Origin: Acidobacteriota bacterium
GTDB taxonomy: Bacteria; Acidobacteriota; Terriglobia; Terriglobales; Acidobacteriaceae
DNA length: 64,000 nucleotides
Direction: 5' to 3'
Assembly (NCBI GenBank): GCA_031296115.1
Contig: JARLGI010000076.1
Location: forward strand, 2,806 to 66,805
Part shown: positions 44,513-54,564 of the stretch, piece after piece
Layout: the number at the start of each line of letters is the position of its first letter
Position numbering within the stretch: position 1 is the stretch's first letter
The notes under the pieces: generated by a model
The model's input: only the letters and a program-made list of their open reading frames with translations
Database searches by the model: none
What the model was told of the DNA's origin: nothing
Translations under genes and position numbers: made by a program

Positions 44513-46414
44513 ATGACCCGGACTTCCGCGCTCGTTCTTCTCTTATCCATGTCCATGCCTCGACTCGCCCACTCTCAGCAGAACTTGCAGCAGCCCGCAG
44601 CGGTCCATCTGGATGAGGCTGGGGAGAAGTGGGCGCGCGAGTCGCTGCAGAAGATGTCGCTGGAGCAGAAGGTCGGACAGATGTTCATGGTGTGGTCGCT
44701 GGCGCGGCTGATGAACGTCGAGAGTCCGGACTACCTCAAGCTCCGCGACACGGTGCGCACGTATCATCTTGGTGGCCTGGGACTGACGGTGCGCTTCGAA
44801 GACGGCATCCTCTACGAGAACGAGCCGCTGGAAGCCGCCATGGTGACCAACCAGTTGCAGAAGGACGCGGAGTTCCCGCTGCTCTTCGGCGCCGACTTCG
44901 AACATGGACTGGGCATGCGCCTGAAGGAGGTCACAAACTTTCCGCAGCCGATGGCCTTCGGCGCAACCGGCAACGTGGAGTTGGCGCGGCAGGCAGGACG
45001 CATCACGGCGCAGGAGGCGCGCGCCATCGGCGTGCACTGGAACTGGTATCCCGTGGCGGATGTGAATTCCAATCCGCTGAATCCCATCATCAACACGCGC
45101 TCGTTCGGCGAGGACCCCAAGCTCGTCAGTGACATGGTAGCGGCCTACATTGAAGGCGCGCACGAGTACGGCCTGCTGACCACGGCCAAGCATTTTCCCG
45201 GTCACGGCGACACCGACACCGATTCGCACACCGCGACTCCCATCGTGGACAGGGACAAGGCCTACTTCGACGACGTCGCGCTTCCGCCGTTTCGCGCCGC
45301 CATCGCGGCCGGCGTCGACGCGGTCATGGTGGCGCACATCCTGGCGCCGGCGCTCGATCCCAATCCCAAGCACATCGCCACGCTCTCGCCTGCGATCGTG
45401 ACCGGGCTGCTGAAGCAGCAGCTGGGCTTCACCGGACTGGTGGTGACCGACGCTTTCGACATGGGCGGCCTCACCCTTATGTTCCCCGAAGGCGGGCCGG
45501 CAGCGGCCGCCAGGGCCGCGGTGAAAGCGGTGCAGGCCGGCAACGACATGCTGCTGATTCCCTCCGACCTCGACGCCTCCTACCATGGTCTGTTGCAGGC
45601 CGTGCGCAGCGGCGAGATCACGGAAGCGCGCATCGATGAGTCGGTGCTGAAGATCCTGCGCGCCAAGGCGTCGGTGGGACTGGACCGAACGGCGATGGTC
45701 GACCTGGACGCCGCAACGCGCATCGTCGACAAGCCGTCGAGCCTGGCCATGGCCCAGGAAATCGCGGACCAGGCGGTCACGCTGGTGCGCGATAATCATC
45801 GTGTGCTGCCCCTGAAGGCGACGCATGCGGGAACCAATCCGGCGCGGAATCCGTACCTATCAGCAGCGGAGACGCATAATCGTATCGTCGTGCTGGTGTT
45901 CACCGATGACAGCCGCTCCGATTCCGGCCGGCTGCTGGATCAGCAGGTGAAGATGCGAATTCCCGATGCCAACGTGATGTACATCGACCCCCGCACCGCC
46001 GTGGGAATGACGCCGCCCGTGCTGGATGCGGTGCAGCAGGCGCAGGCCGTCATCGCCGCCATCTACATGGCTCCGGTGCCGGGCAAAGTTGTGCGCGACC
46101 AGAGTGACGCCGTGATGAACGCGATGGCGCTGCAGGACGCAGCCGCGGCGTTGTTGCAAAGCGTGCTGCGCGCCGCCAACGAGAAGACGGCCGTCATCGC
46201 CATGGGCAATCCGTACCTTGCGGCAGCGTTTCCCGGGATTCAGACCTATGTGTGCACCTACTCCCACGCCCAGGTTTCGGAGATGAGTGCAGTGAAGGCC
46301 ATGTTTGGCGAGATACCGATGCCCGGCCGCCTGCCGGTGACGATTCCCAACTTTGCCAAGCGCGGCGCGGGCCTGGGCGCCCCAGCTCCAGTTTCCAGCG
46401 GAGGAACGCAATGA
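44513..46414 (+). CDS. glycoside hydrolase family 3 (beta-N-acetylhexosaminidase/beta-glucosidase-like), secreted
   Basis: ORF 44468..46414. ATG at 44513 gives a signal peptide. ..GQMFMV..GGL..KHFPGHGDTDTDSHT..GLVVTDAFDMGG... Confidence 0.9.
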   Translation: MTRTSALVLLLSMSMPRLAHSQQNLQQPAAVHLDEAGEKWARESLQKMSLEQKVGQMFMVWSLARLMNVESPDYLKLRDTVRTYHLGGLGLTVRFEDGILYENEPLEAAMVTNQLQKDAEFPLLFGADFEHGLGMRLKEVTNFPQPMAFGATGNVELARQAGRITAQEARAIGVHWNWYPVADVNSNPLNPIINTRSFGEDPKLVSDMVAAYIEGAHEYGLLTTAKHFPGHGDTDTDSHTATPIVDRDKAYFDDVALPPFRAAIAAGVDAVMVAHILAPALDPNPKHIATLSPAIVTGLLKQQLGFTGLVVTDAFDMGGLTLMFPEGGPAAAARAAVKAVQAGNDMLLIPSDLDASYHGLLQAVRSGEITEARIDESVLKILRAKASVGLDRTAMVDLDAATRIVDKPSSLAMAQEIADQAVTLVRDNHRVLPLKATHAGTNPARNPYLSAAETHNRIVVLVFTDDSRSDSGRLLDQQVKMRIPDANVMYIDPRTAVGMTPPVLDAVQQAQAVIAAIYMAPVPGKVVRDQSDAVMNAMALQDAAAALLQSVLRAANEKTAVIAMGNPYLAAAFPGIQTYVCTYSHAQVSEMSAVKAMFGEIPMPGRLPVTIPNFAKRGAGLGAPAPVSSGGTQ

Positions 46415-46989
46415 AGAACGCAGCTCTGAAGATTTCGTTCGCCCTGTTGCTCGCCGCGGTGGCGCTGTTGCTCGCCGCGTGCAGCATCAACGTGGACGAC
46501 AAGAAGAACGGCAAGGACGGCAAGGTCGATATCCAGACTCCGTTCGCCAGCATCAAGGTCAATTCCGACGAGAAAGCGGCCGATAACGGCATCCCGGTCT
46601 ATCCGGGTGCGCATCTGCGTCCCAAGGAGAACGGCGACGGCCACACTGCGAACGTCAACATCGGCGGGCCGGGCTTCGGCCTGAAAGTGATTGCCGCCGA
46701 GTATGAGACTAGCGACGCGCCGGAGAAGGTCAAGGCCTTCTACGAGGACAAGATGAAGACCTTTGGCGAGGTGCTGGTGTGCCGCGGCCACAGCGGCGGC
46801 TCGGACGTCCACATGGGCTCGAAGGGCGACTCGGAGAAGCTGACGTGCAAGGACACGCACGGCAGCGGCTGGGAGATCAAGGCGGGCAGCAGCTCCGACG
46901 AACACCTGGTCTCCATCGAGCCGCAGGGCGAGGGCACGCGCTTCGGAACGGTGTTGGTGCAGACCCACGGCAAAGAGGGTACACTGTAG
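46411..46989 (+). CDS. hypothetical lipoprotein
   Basis: ATGA overlap with the GH3 stop, behind GGAGGA. MKNAALKISFALLLAAVALLLAACS (lipobox LAAC). Confidence 0.65.
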   Translation: MKNAALKISFALLLAAVALLLAACSINVDDKKNGKDGKVDIQTPFASIKVNSDEKAADNGIPVYPGAHLRPKENGDGHTANVNIGGPGFGLKVIAAEYETSDAPEKVKAFYEDKMKTFGEVLVCRGHSGGSDVHMGSKGDSEKLTCKDTHGSGWEIKAGSSSDEHLVSIEPQGEGTRFGTVLVQTHGKEGTL

Positions 46990-47021
46990 CCGGGCACTAA
47001 GTGCCCGACGGAATGCGGCCG

Positions 47022-47972
47022 CTAGCGCCCGTAGAGAAACAACAGGGCATCGGGCAGGCGCCGTGTCCACGCTGCCTCGTTGTGGACGGCGCCTTCCTCC
47101 ACCTCGACCTTCAGCCGCGCGGGTCCCATGCCGCGCTTGCGCAGCACCGCTTCCAACTCCTTCACGTCGTTGACCACCTGCTGGCTGTAGGCGGCGTCCG
47201 GGTTCTCGCTGGTCCCGATGGCGACAAACATCTTTTGCGGGAGTGCCTTGGCGGTTTGCGCGTCCTTCAGCAGCTGCCCTTCGCCAACTCCCACGATGGG
47301 GCTCTCAATGAGCGCCTTGCCGAATACGCCGGGGTACTCGAACACCGCGTTCAGGCTGACGGCGCCGCCGTACGATGAGCCGCCGATGCCGGTGTTCGCT
47401 GCCCCCACGACCACGCGGTAGTGCTTCTCGATGAACGGCATCACCTCGGTGATGACGAACCTGGCGTACTCCTTGCCGCGGGCTTCCTGCTTCTGCAGAT
47501 CCGGCGTGCCCCACTTCTCGTGGTTGGCGTCGGGATAGGGCAAGTATTCGGAGGCGCGCTGCTCACCGGCGTTATCGATGCCCACAACGATCATGGGCGG
47601 GACCTTGAAGCTGCCCACGAGGTGGTCCAGGGTCTCGTCCACGTGCCACTCGCCCGCGGCGTTCGCCGTGGCCGTGTCAAACAGGTTCTGGCCGTCCTGC
47701 AGGTAGAGAACGGGATACTTCCGTTGTGCGTTATGGGGCGAAAAGTAATTTCCCGGCAGCCAGACGCGCAGCATACGGGTGTTGTGGAAGGTCTTGCTGG
47801 TGAAGGGAACGATCTCAAGCCATCCCACAACGCTGTGGTCCTTGTCGAACGATGTGATCGTGACTGTGCCGGGCACGGTGGAGACCGAGGGCCTGGACTT
47901 CGTCTGGGCAGAAAGCGATATCGAAAGCACGCAGGCGCAGAGGGCGAAAGCAATCAGCAAAGGTCGGACCAT
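47022..47972 (-). CDS. alpha/beta-fold esterase (enterochelin-esterase-like 'putative esterase' family)
   Basis: ORF 47022..48002. ATG at 47972 gives a signal peptide. ..YPVLYLQDGQNLFD..TGIGGSSYGGAVSL... Confidence 0.8.
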   Translation of the reverse strand: MVRPLLIAFALCACVLSISLSAQTKSRPSVSTVPGTVTITSFDKDHSVVGWLEIVPFTSKTFHNTRMLRVWLPGNYFSPHNAQRKYPVLYLQDGQNLFDTATANAAGEWHVDETLDHLVGSFKVPPMIVVGIDNAGEQRASEYLPYPDANHEKWGTPDLQKQEARGKEYARFVITEVMPFIEKHYRVVVGAANTGIGGSSYGGAVSLNAVFEYPGVFGKALIESPIVGVGEGQLLKDAQTAKALPQKMFVAIGTSENPDAAYSQQVVNDVKELEAVLRKRGMGPARLKVEVEEGAVHNEAAWTRRLPDALLFLYGR

Positions 47973-48143
47973 AAAGGAAAGATTAGCAGCGCACACAAGC
48001 AAAAAAATTCAATAAATTACTTATTAACATCCGCCACCCGGCGAACGAGCCGCGCGGCATTGCGCGGTCATTGTCCTACCAGACTTCATCTTCTCGGCCT
48101 GTGCAGGGATGAGAATCCCGGCACCACAGATATCACCGGCCAT

Positions 48144-48159
48144 TGTGACGTAGGTCACT
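48144..48159. promoter_or_regulatory. CRP/FNR-family-like palindrome
   Basis: TGTGA-cgtagg-TCACT (9/10 to TGTGA-N6-TCACA), 109 nt upstream of the 48268 start. Confidence 0.3.
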
Positions 48160-48267
48160 GCCAGATGGTTTATGCCGCCTTAATACTCTCGTCCATCAGC
48201 AAAATCACAGGTGGGTAGCGGGGGTGTTCCATCTTTAATACTTCTCCGCCCACAGAGGAGGGTCGGT

Positions 48268-49920
48268 ATGCCCGGGCAGCCGTTCCGTACTGGTAACAGA
48301 GTTCTGCCGTTTCTGGTTCTGGTTTTGGTGCTCTTCGCGACACGCGAGAGCCGCGCAATCCCTGCGTTTTCAAGAATGTACGGGACAAGCTGCAGCACCT
48401 GCCACATCGACTTTCCCAAGCTGAATGACTTCGGCAAGGCGTTTAAGGACGCGGGCTTCAAGTTCCCTAAAGACGACGAGTCGATGATCAAGATCCCGCC
48501 CGTCATGCTGGGCGCCCCGGCCAACGCGGAGCTCTGGCCGCACGCCATCTGGCCGGGCGTCATCCCAGGTCTACCGCCGATCGGCCTGCGCTACAACACC
48601 TATTTCCAGTACACTAGCACCAACCGCACAAATTTCAACCAGTTGCTGCCGCCCGGGACGGTGGCGCCATTCATTCCCACTACCGACTTCCAGACCGGCT
48701 TCTTCAGCATCTTCACCGCAGGAAACTTCGGCAGCGATATCGCCTTCTGGGTTGACGACGACATCAGTGTCAGCGGCGCCAACGCCAATGGCGGGTTGGG
48801 CGAGGCTTACCTCAAATTCGTCAACGTTGGGCGGCTGATGAAATTGCCGCCGTATCTGTTAAGTCTGCGGGTGGGTCAGGTGGAGCTCGACATACCGTTT
48901 ACCCAGTCGAAGTCGATCTGGATCAGCCCATACGACATTTACAGCCAGGCCAATATAGGCGCGGTGAATGGGGCGTTCCCTCTGCAACAGTTCGTTAACA
49001 ATGCGTTCACTTTTGCCGGATCAGGCAAAGGTATCGAACTCAGCGGCGGCCACTCGACTGGCGGGTACCACTACTCCGTTGCGTTCATCGACCAGGTCAC
49101 CACCCCAGGCCTATCCCAAGCTAACAACAACAACTACGTGCCGACGGCGACCGGCAGCAACCAGGGAGGGGTCGGTGTCGCTTCGGACGCAAACTTCAAG
49201 GACATCTACACGAATTTTCAATACCGCTTTAACCTTGAGCGCGACAAAGCGAGTCGCAACGCCATTCAAGCCGCCGGGCCGACGGGCCCGCGCGACCACA
49301 CTTACTTGAATGTCGGAAGCTTCTATTTATATGGACGCTCGGTACAGCGGCTATCGGGCTCAACCCTCGACGGCCTGCCTGCGGTCGTCACCGCACGTGA
49401 GCCCTTCTACCGCGTGGGGGGAAACTTCACCTTTAACTACCACTGCTGCCTGCAGTTCAACGGCCTGTGGATGTACGGGCACGACAACAACTTGTTGCCG
49501 GTGGACGCCAGCGGTATGCCAGTTCCTTTGCCGGTGAGCGGCACCACAACAGTGGGCTTGGTCTCCGGACGGCCAGCCACATTCAGTGGAGGCTTTGCCG
49601 ATGTGGAATGGCTGGCGTACCCCTGGATGATGGTTTTGATGCGCTATGACGGCGTAAACTCGACGTCCGACTACATAAACGGCCTGACGTCGGGAGGGTT
49701 CACAAACTCGCCCTTTAACGGGGCGGCCTATGCGACACGGAACCGGGTTACACCGGGTGTTCAGTTCCTCATCCACGCCAACATTAAGGCCTCGTTCGAG
49801 TATCAGTTCCGGCCGTCGCAGTCAGTCGTTATCGGTAGCAATCCCCGAACCGGTTATCCGGTGGCCATAAGCCCATTCCACACCAATACAGCCGTCGCAG
49901 GTTTAGAATTCGTGTATTAA
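48268..49920 (+). CDS. predicted outer-membrane beta-barrel protein with an N-terminal CxxCH haem-c motif
   Basis: ORF 48211..49920. ATG at 48268 behind GAGGAGGG. Signal peptide ..LFATRESRA, then IPAFSRMYGTSCSTCHIDFPKLNDFGKAFKDAGF. About 500 aa of G/N/Y/T-rich alternating sequence ending ..NTAVAGLEFVY (aromatic terminus). Confidence 0.7.
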   Translation: MPGQPFRTGNRVLPFLVLVLVLFATRESRAIPAFSRMYGTSCSTCHIDFPKLNDFGKAFKDAGFKFPKDDESMIKIPPVMLGAPANAELWPHAIWPGVIPGLPPIGLRYNTYFQYTSTNRTNFNQLLPPGTVAPFIPTTDFQTGFFSIFTAGNFGSDIAFWVDDDISVSGANANGGLGEAYLKFVNVGRLMKLPPYLLSLRVGQVELDIPFTQSKSIWISPYDIYSQANIGAVNGAFPLQQFVNNAFTFAGSGKGIELSGGHSTGGYHYSVAFIDQVTTPGLSQANNNNYVPTATGSNQGGVGVASDANFKDIYTNFQYRFNLERDKASRNAIQAAGPTGPRDHTYLNVGSFYLYGRSVQRLSGSTLDGLPAVVTAREPFYRVGGNFTFNYHCCLQFNGLWMYGHDNNLLPVDASGMPVPLPVSGTTTVGLVSGRPATFSGGFADVEWLAYPWMMVLMRYDGVNSTSDYINGLTSGGFTNSPFNGAAYATRNRVTPGVQFLIHANIKASFEYQFRPSQSVVIGSNPRTGYPVAISPFHTNTAVAGLEFVY

Positions 49921-49948
49921 CAGCTTGAGCTCTACGAAAGGAACATTC

Positions 49949-50524
49949 ATGAAGCGCAGCTTTCTACTGACTCTATTACTGGTTATCGCGGTAGCAGCCA
50001 CTGCTGTTGCGGGCACAATCGAAGGCAAAGTGTCGCCCGGCAAGTCGGTCGTCTACGTGGACACCATCCAGGGGAAAACATTTCCGGCACCGTCTCAGCA
50101 ACCCGTCATGGACCAGAAGGGGCTGGTATTTGGCCCGCACGTGATGGTCATTCAGCAGGGGACCACGGTCGAGTTCCTGAACAGCGACAATGTGCAACAC
50201 AACGTCTTCTGGCCCTCCATCAGCGGCAACAAGAAGCTCGGTCATAACCTCGGAACCTGGCCCAAGGGCGAGAAGCGTCCCTTCAAGTTCGACAATCCCG
50301 GTGTGGTCTCGCTGCTGTGCAACGTGCATCCCGAGATGGCGGGCTACATTATCGTCAGTCCGACGCCGTACTTTGCCGAGGCCGACGCCATTGGGAACTT
50401 CAAGATCGAAAACGTTCCTGACGGCAAGTACAACGTGGTTGCCTGGCACGAAGGCATGAAGCAGCAAACCAAGTCGGTGGATGTCGCCGGAACCGGCAAA
50501 GCCGATTTCACTCTCTCGAAATAG
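49949..50524 (+). CDS. secreted amicyanin/plastocyanin-like cupredoxin fused to a CarboxypepD_reg-like domain
   Basis: ORF 49925..50524; ATG at 49949 (MKRSFLLTLLL..). Candidate type-1 Cu ligands: VQHNVF and LLCNVHPEMAGYI (C-x2-H-x2-M). C-terminal ..GNFKIENVPDGKYNVVAWHE... Confidence 0.75.
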   Translation: MKRSFLLTLLLVIAVAATAVAGTIEGKVSPGKSVVYVDTIQGKTFPAPSQQPVMDQKGLVFGPHVMVIQQGTTVEFLNSDNVQHNVFWPSISGNKKLGHNLGTWPKGEKRPFKFDNPGVVSLLCNVHPEMAGYIIVSPTPYFAEADAIGNFKIENVPDGKYNVVAWHEGMKQQTKSVDVAGTGKADFTLSK

Positions 50525-50535
50525 CGATTAGGACT

Positions 50536-50557
50536 GGCGTGCTCTGGCCAGCACGCC
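50536..50557 (+). terminator. hairpin between the cupredoxin gene and the Rieske/cyt b operon
   Basis: GGCGTGCT-ctggcc-AGCACGCC. The tail is C/T-rich rather than a clean T-run. Confidence 0.35.
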
Positions 50558-50612
50558 CTCCCTCTTACTGAGTACCACGCAAACACGCAACCCCCGTTTC
50601 GAGAGAGGGCTG

Positions 50613-52592
50613 ATGTTAAGTCGTTTCGCCAAGAAGATTGTCGACCGGGAATGGCTGAATACTAATTTTCCCTGCATGATGGCCTGCCCGGCGCACACCA
50701 ACGCCGGCCGGTATGTGTCGCTGATCGCGGAGGGGCGCTTCGAGGAGGCGTACCGCTACGCCCGCGATCCCAATCCCATGGCAAGTATCTGCGGCCGCGT
50801 GTGCGCCCACCCCTGCGAGACCGCCTGCCGGCGCGGCCAAATCGATCGCCCCATTTCCATTCGCGCCCTCAAGCGCTTCCTGACCGAGCGGCATGGGCCG
50901 GAGTCGCGGCACCCGGTTGCCCCCACGACCAGGCCGGCGGCCAAGCTGCCCTACAAAGTAGCGGTAATTGGAGGCGGTCCGGTGGGCCTTTCGGCGGCAC
51001 ACGATCTCGCGCTGCTGGGCTACTCCGTCACTATCTTCGAAGCCTCGCCGGTGGCCGGCGGAATGTTGTACCTCGGCATTCCTGAATACCGTCTGCCGCG
51101 AAGCGTGGTCGAGGCGCAGGTGCGTGAGATTCTCGAAACTGGCGACATCACGTTGCGCCTGAATGCCGTGGCCGGCCGCGACTTCACGGTAGGCGAACTA
51201 AGGCATCAGGGTTTTGACGCCGTGCTGATTGCCGTGGGTGCCCATCGCAGCCGCGACTTGTCGATACCGGGCGTCGATCTCGATGGGGTGCACCGCGGCA
51301 TCGAGTTTCTGCTCAACGTAAACCTCGGATACAAGTTCACCATCGGCAAGAAGGTACTGGTGATCGGGGGCGGCAACGTCGCCATGGACGTCGCCCGCTC
51401 CGCCGCTCGCGAAGTCCTGCGGCAGCACGATGCGCCGGGCGAGGTCACGCCGTCGGAAGAGAATGAGCAGGCTGTGGCCGCCCACGAGATGATGGACATC
51501 TCGCTCTCCGCTCTGCGTATGGGCGCGCGCGAAGTCGGCCTCGTCTGCCTGGAAAACCGCGATGAAATGCCGGCCGCCCTGGAAGAGATCGAGGAGGCGG
51601 AGACCGAAGGCATCATCATGCATCCGGGTTTCGGACCGAAGCGGGTGCTCGGGCGCGACGGCAAAGTCGTGGGCCTCGAATGCCTGAAGACCAAGTACGT
51701 TTTCGACGAGAACCACCGCTTCAACCCCGCGTTCTACGAAAACAGCGATACCCAGTTTGATTGCGACACCATCATTCTTTCGATCGGGCAGGCGCCCAAT
51801 CTCGACTTCCTGCGGCCGGAAGACGGCGTCCTGGTTTCGCCCCGGGGACTGGTCAACGTAAATCGAGACAGCTTGATGACCTCCGCTCCCGGTGTATTCG
51901 CCGGTGGCGACTGCGCCTTCGGACCGCGACTGATCATCGATAGCGTCGGCGACGGAAAGCGCGCTGCCGTAGGCATCGATGAGTACCTGCGAGGCTGCAA
52001 GCATCCCGAACCGGAGATTGAAGTACAGATTCTGGAGCGCTGGCAGATGGCGGCGGACTACATGAACATAAACCGCCAGCCCATCCCCATGCTGCCGCTG
52101 GACCGCCGCACCGGAATGACCGAGGTCGAGCTGTGCTACACCGAGCAGGAAGCCATGGCCGAGGCGCAGCGCTGCCTGAAGTGTTACATCAACACCATTC
52201 TCGAGGGCAGCGAACAGGACGGCACCGACTGCGTGCTCTGCGGCGGCTGTGTCGATGTTTGTCCGGAGAACTGCCTGGAACTGGTTTCGCTGGACCGCAT
52301 TCAGTTCGACACAAACGCCATCGACGCCATCGCGAACCACCCCGAGGCATTCAGTTTCGAACTCCAAGGCATACAACCGGCAGAGTTGGGCAGCATCGCG
52401 GGCACCGCCATGCTCAAGGACGAGACGCGGTGCATCCGTTGCGGACTGTGCGCGCTGCGCTGCCCGGCCAACACCATCACCATGGAGGCGTATCACTTCG
52501 TCGCAGCGGAACCGACTGGGCTCATCACCATTCAGAGCTTTGATGGGCCCAAGCCGGCCGCCGCGGCGGCGGCAGCAGGCCCCAAGCCATGA
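50613..52592 (+). CDS. GltD-like NAD(P)H-dependent FAD/Fe-S oxidoreductase with a C-terminal 2x[4Fe-4S] ferredoxin domain
   Basis: N-terminal Cys cluster (FPCMMACPAH..CGRVCAHPCETACRR). VAVIGGGPVGLSAAHDL and VLVIGGGNVAMDVAR (two Rossmann motifs). CVLCGGCVDVCP and CIRCGLCALRCP. No signal peptide or TM helix. Confidence 0.88.
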   Translation: MLSRFAKKIVDREWLNTNFPCMMACPAHTNAGRYVSLIAEGRFEEAYRYARDPNPMASICGRVCAHPCETACRRGQIDRPISIRALKRFLTERHGPESRHPVAPTTRPAAKLPYKVAVIGGGPVGLSAAHDLALLGYSVTIFEASPVAGGMLYLGIPEYRLPRSVVEAQVREILETGDITLRLNAVAGRDFTVGELRHQGFDAVLIAVGAHRSRDLSIPGVDLDGVHRGIEFLLNVNLGYKFTIGKKVLVIGGGNVAMDVARSAAREVLRQHDAPGEVTPSEENEQAVAAHEMMDISLSALRMGAREVGLVCLENRDEMPAALEEIEEAETEGIIMHPGFGPKRVLGRDGKVVGLECLKTKYVFDENHRFNPAFYENSDTQFDCDTIILSIGQAPNLDFLRPEDGVLVSPRGLVNVNRDSLMTSAPGVFAGGDCAFGPRLIIDSVGDGKRAAVGIDEYLRGCKHPEPEIEVQILERWQMAADYMNINRQPIPMLPLDRRTGMTEVELCYTEQEAMAEAQRCLKCYINTILEGSEQDGTDCVLCGGCVDVCPENCLELVSLDRIQFDTNAIDAIANHPEAFSFELQGIQPAELGSIAGTAMLKDETRCIRCGLCALRCPANTITMEAYHFVAAEPTGLITIQSFDGPKPAAAAAAAGPKP

Positions 52593-52607
52593 CCGGAATG
52601 AGGAATT

Positions 52608-53099
52608 ATGTCTGACGACCCTAAACCAACCGTTCCCGACAGTCCCGAAGAGATGACCCGGCGCCAGTTCTTCATCAAGGTGGGTGTTGGCTCGGTCGCG
52701 GTCGCGGCCCTGGGCACCGCAGCCTTCGGCTATCAGTACCTGTCGCCGAATGTGTTGTATGAACCGTCGCCAGTGGTGGATGCCGGAAAGCCGGACCACT
52801 ACGCACCGGATTCCGTCACCCTCGACCCGCAGACGGCCATCTACGTGGTGCGCACGGCGGAAGGTTTCTTCGCACTGTCGGCCATCTGTACCCACCTCGG
52901 CTGCCTGACAGCTTACAAACCAGACCTCGGCATCATTGCCTGTCCCTGCCACGGCAGCAAGTTCAAGAAGGACGGTGTGAAGATTGAGGGACCGGCGCCA
53001 AGGCCGCTGCCCTGGCTGCGCATGTGGCTAAACGACGATGGCAACCTCATGGTGGACCGCGGCAATGCAATCGCAATCAAGCAACTGGTGAGGGTCTGA
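52608..53099 (+). CDS. Rieske [2Fe-2S] subunit of a cytochrome bc-type complex (Tat leader)
   Basis: [27 protein letters not shown]..(14)..CPCHGS. Confidence 0.92.
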   Translation: MSDDPKPTVPDSPEEMTRRQFFIKVGVGSVAVAALGTAAFGYQYLSPNVLYEPSPVVDAGKPDHYAPDSVTLDPQTAIYVVRTAEGFFALSAICTHLGCLTAYKPDLGIIACPCHGSKFKKDGVKIEGPAPRPLPWLRMWLNDDGNLMVDRGNAIAIKQLVRV

Positions 53100-53101
53100 G
53101 C

Positions 53102-53857
53102 ATGGCAAACACGGTTGATCAGCTGCTTGAACAAGTACGCGAAAACCGGATCTGGCGCTCCATCTTCCGCAGTGGCACCGGCGACAGCAATCTCCACAAG
53201 TCGTTGTTCGTGCAGCAGAATGTCTTTCTGCACCTGTTCTCCATCAAGGCGCGCAAGCGCACCCTGGAGTTCAGCGCCACCTGGTACCTGGGCGCGATGA
53301 CACTGGGAACTTTCCTCATCCTCGTCATCACCGGCATTTTGCTGATGTTGTACTACCATCCCTCCGTCCCGCAGGCCTATGCCGACATGAAGGATCTGCA
53401 GTTCGTGGTCTCGTCCGGTGTGTTCCTGCGTAACCTGCATCGCTGGTCGGCACACGCGATGGTGTTCCTGGTGTTCGCGCACATGTTCAAGGTGTTCTAT
53501 CGCGGGGCCTATCGCCCGCCGCGCGAATTCAACTGGGTCGTCGGGGTGGTGCTGCTTCTGGTTACCCTGCTGCTGAGCTACACCGGCTATCTGCTGCCCT
53601 GGGACCAACTTGCGTACTGGGCGGTTACCGTCGGAAGCAACATCGCGTCCGCGGTTCCGGTGATGGGTAGTAAGATCCGCTTCCTCATGCTGGGTGGAAC
53701 TGCGGTGAATGCGAACGCGTTGTTGCGCTTCTACGTCCTGCACTGCGTGATCCTGCCACTGGCGGCTATTTTGTTTATCGCCATCCATTTCTGGCGGATC
53801 CGCAAAGACGGCGGGATTTATGCCGGCGAGCCCGCGCCGGAAGTGGAGAGCAAATGA
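53102..53857 (+). CDS. cytochrome b (b6-like N-terminal, four-helix haem-binding subunit)
   Basis: ATG 2 nt after the Rieske stop. ..[22 protein letters not shown].. and ..[25 protein letters not shown].. supply the paired His ligands. Confidence 0.92.
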   Translation: MANTVDQLLEQVRENRIWRSIFRSGTGDSNLHKSLFVQQNVFLHLFSIKARKRTLEFSATWYLGAMTLGTFLILVITGILLMLYYHPSVPQAYADMKDLQFVVSSGVFLRNLHRWSAHAMVFLVFAHMFKVFYRGAYRPPREFNWVVGVVLLLVTLLLSYTGYLLPWDQLAYWAVTVGSNIASAVPVMGSKIRFLMLGGTAVNANALLRFYVLHCVILPLAAILFIAIHFWRIRKDGGIYAGEPAPEVESK

Positions 53858-54558
53858 GCGAACCAAAAGATCTTGTTGCCGTCATGGATTCCGATGTTCG
53901 GAAGACGCCGCGGCGAATCGCCTTCATCACTAAGCGAACCTCGCCCCAGGTACGTGTACGCGATGAAGACCGGGTGATGACTTATCCCGAAGTTTTCTTT
54001 CGAGCGGCTGTCGCCATTCAGGTGCTCGCGATTGCGCTGGTCGTGACCTCTCTGTTGTGGGACGCGCCTCTGGAAGGCCTCGCCGACCCCATGCACACGC
54101 CGAACCCTGCGAAGGCACCCTGGTATTTTTTGGGCCTGCAGGAGTTGCTGCACTACTTCCCGCCAGTGGTGGCCGGCGTGCTCATACCCGGACTGGTGGT
54201 AATGGCGCTCATCATCATCCCGTACTTCAATATCAATGTGGAAGCTGAAGGCTTGTGGCTGCGCGACAAGGCAAAACGCCTGCGAATCTTCGGGATCGTG
54301 GTGGTGGTCTTCTGTATTTTTCTGGCGGTCTTCGACGTGTGGGTGGCGCTGGTACCAACCCTCATCGTAGCGGCCTTCATGCTGCTGGCGGCGCGAACCG
54401 ATCCGCAAACCGCAAAAGGATTCCGGCAATGGCTGGTGCGAAAACCGCTTTCCTTCTGGATCATGACCTGGTTCCTGGTTGAACTCTTCGTGCTAACCGC
54501 AATAGGAACCTTCTTCCGCGGCCCGGGATGGTCGTGGGTCCTGCCCTGGAGGGCCTGA
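53854..54558 (+). CDS. cytochrome b C-terminal domain / subunit IV-like protein
   Basis: ATGA overlap. ..[21 protein letters not shown].. motif, plus extra TM helices. Confidence 0.85.
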   Translation: MSEPKDLVAVMDSDVRKTPRRIAFITKRTSPQVRVRDEDRVMTYPEVFFRAAVAIQVLAIALVVTSLLWDAPLEGLADPMHTPNPAKAPWYFLGLQELLHYFPPVVAGVLIPGLVVMALIIIPYFNINVEAEGLWLRDKAKRLRIFGIVVVVFCIFLAVFDVWVALVPTLIVAAFMLLAARTDPQTAKGFRQWLVRKPLSFWIMTWFLVELFVLTAIGTFFRGPGWSWVLPWRA

Positions 54559-54564
54559 GCTGCG

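Noticed and set aside
44543-45826. 427-aa minus-strand ORF
   Set aside because: It is antisense to the GH3 gene, which carries the KHFPGHGDTDTDSH motif.
52550-52585. GCC/GCG triplet run
   Set aside because: It encodes the poly-Ala tail (PAAAAAAAG) of the GltD-like protein. It is too short to treat as a microsatellite.
51198-52952. 584-aa minus-strand ORF
   Set aside because: It is antisense to the GltD-like and Rieske genes, which have clear motifs. Its composition is R/G/A/H/V-rich, typical of open antisense frames in high-GC DNA, and it has no recognisable domain.
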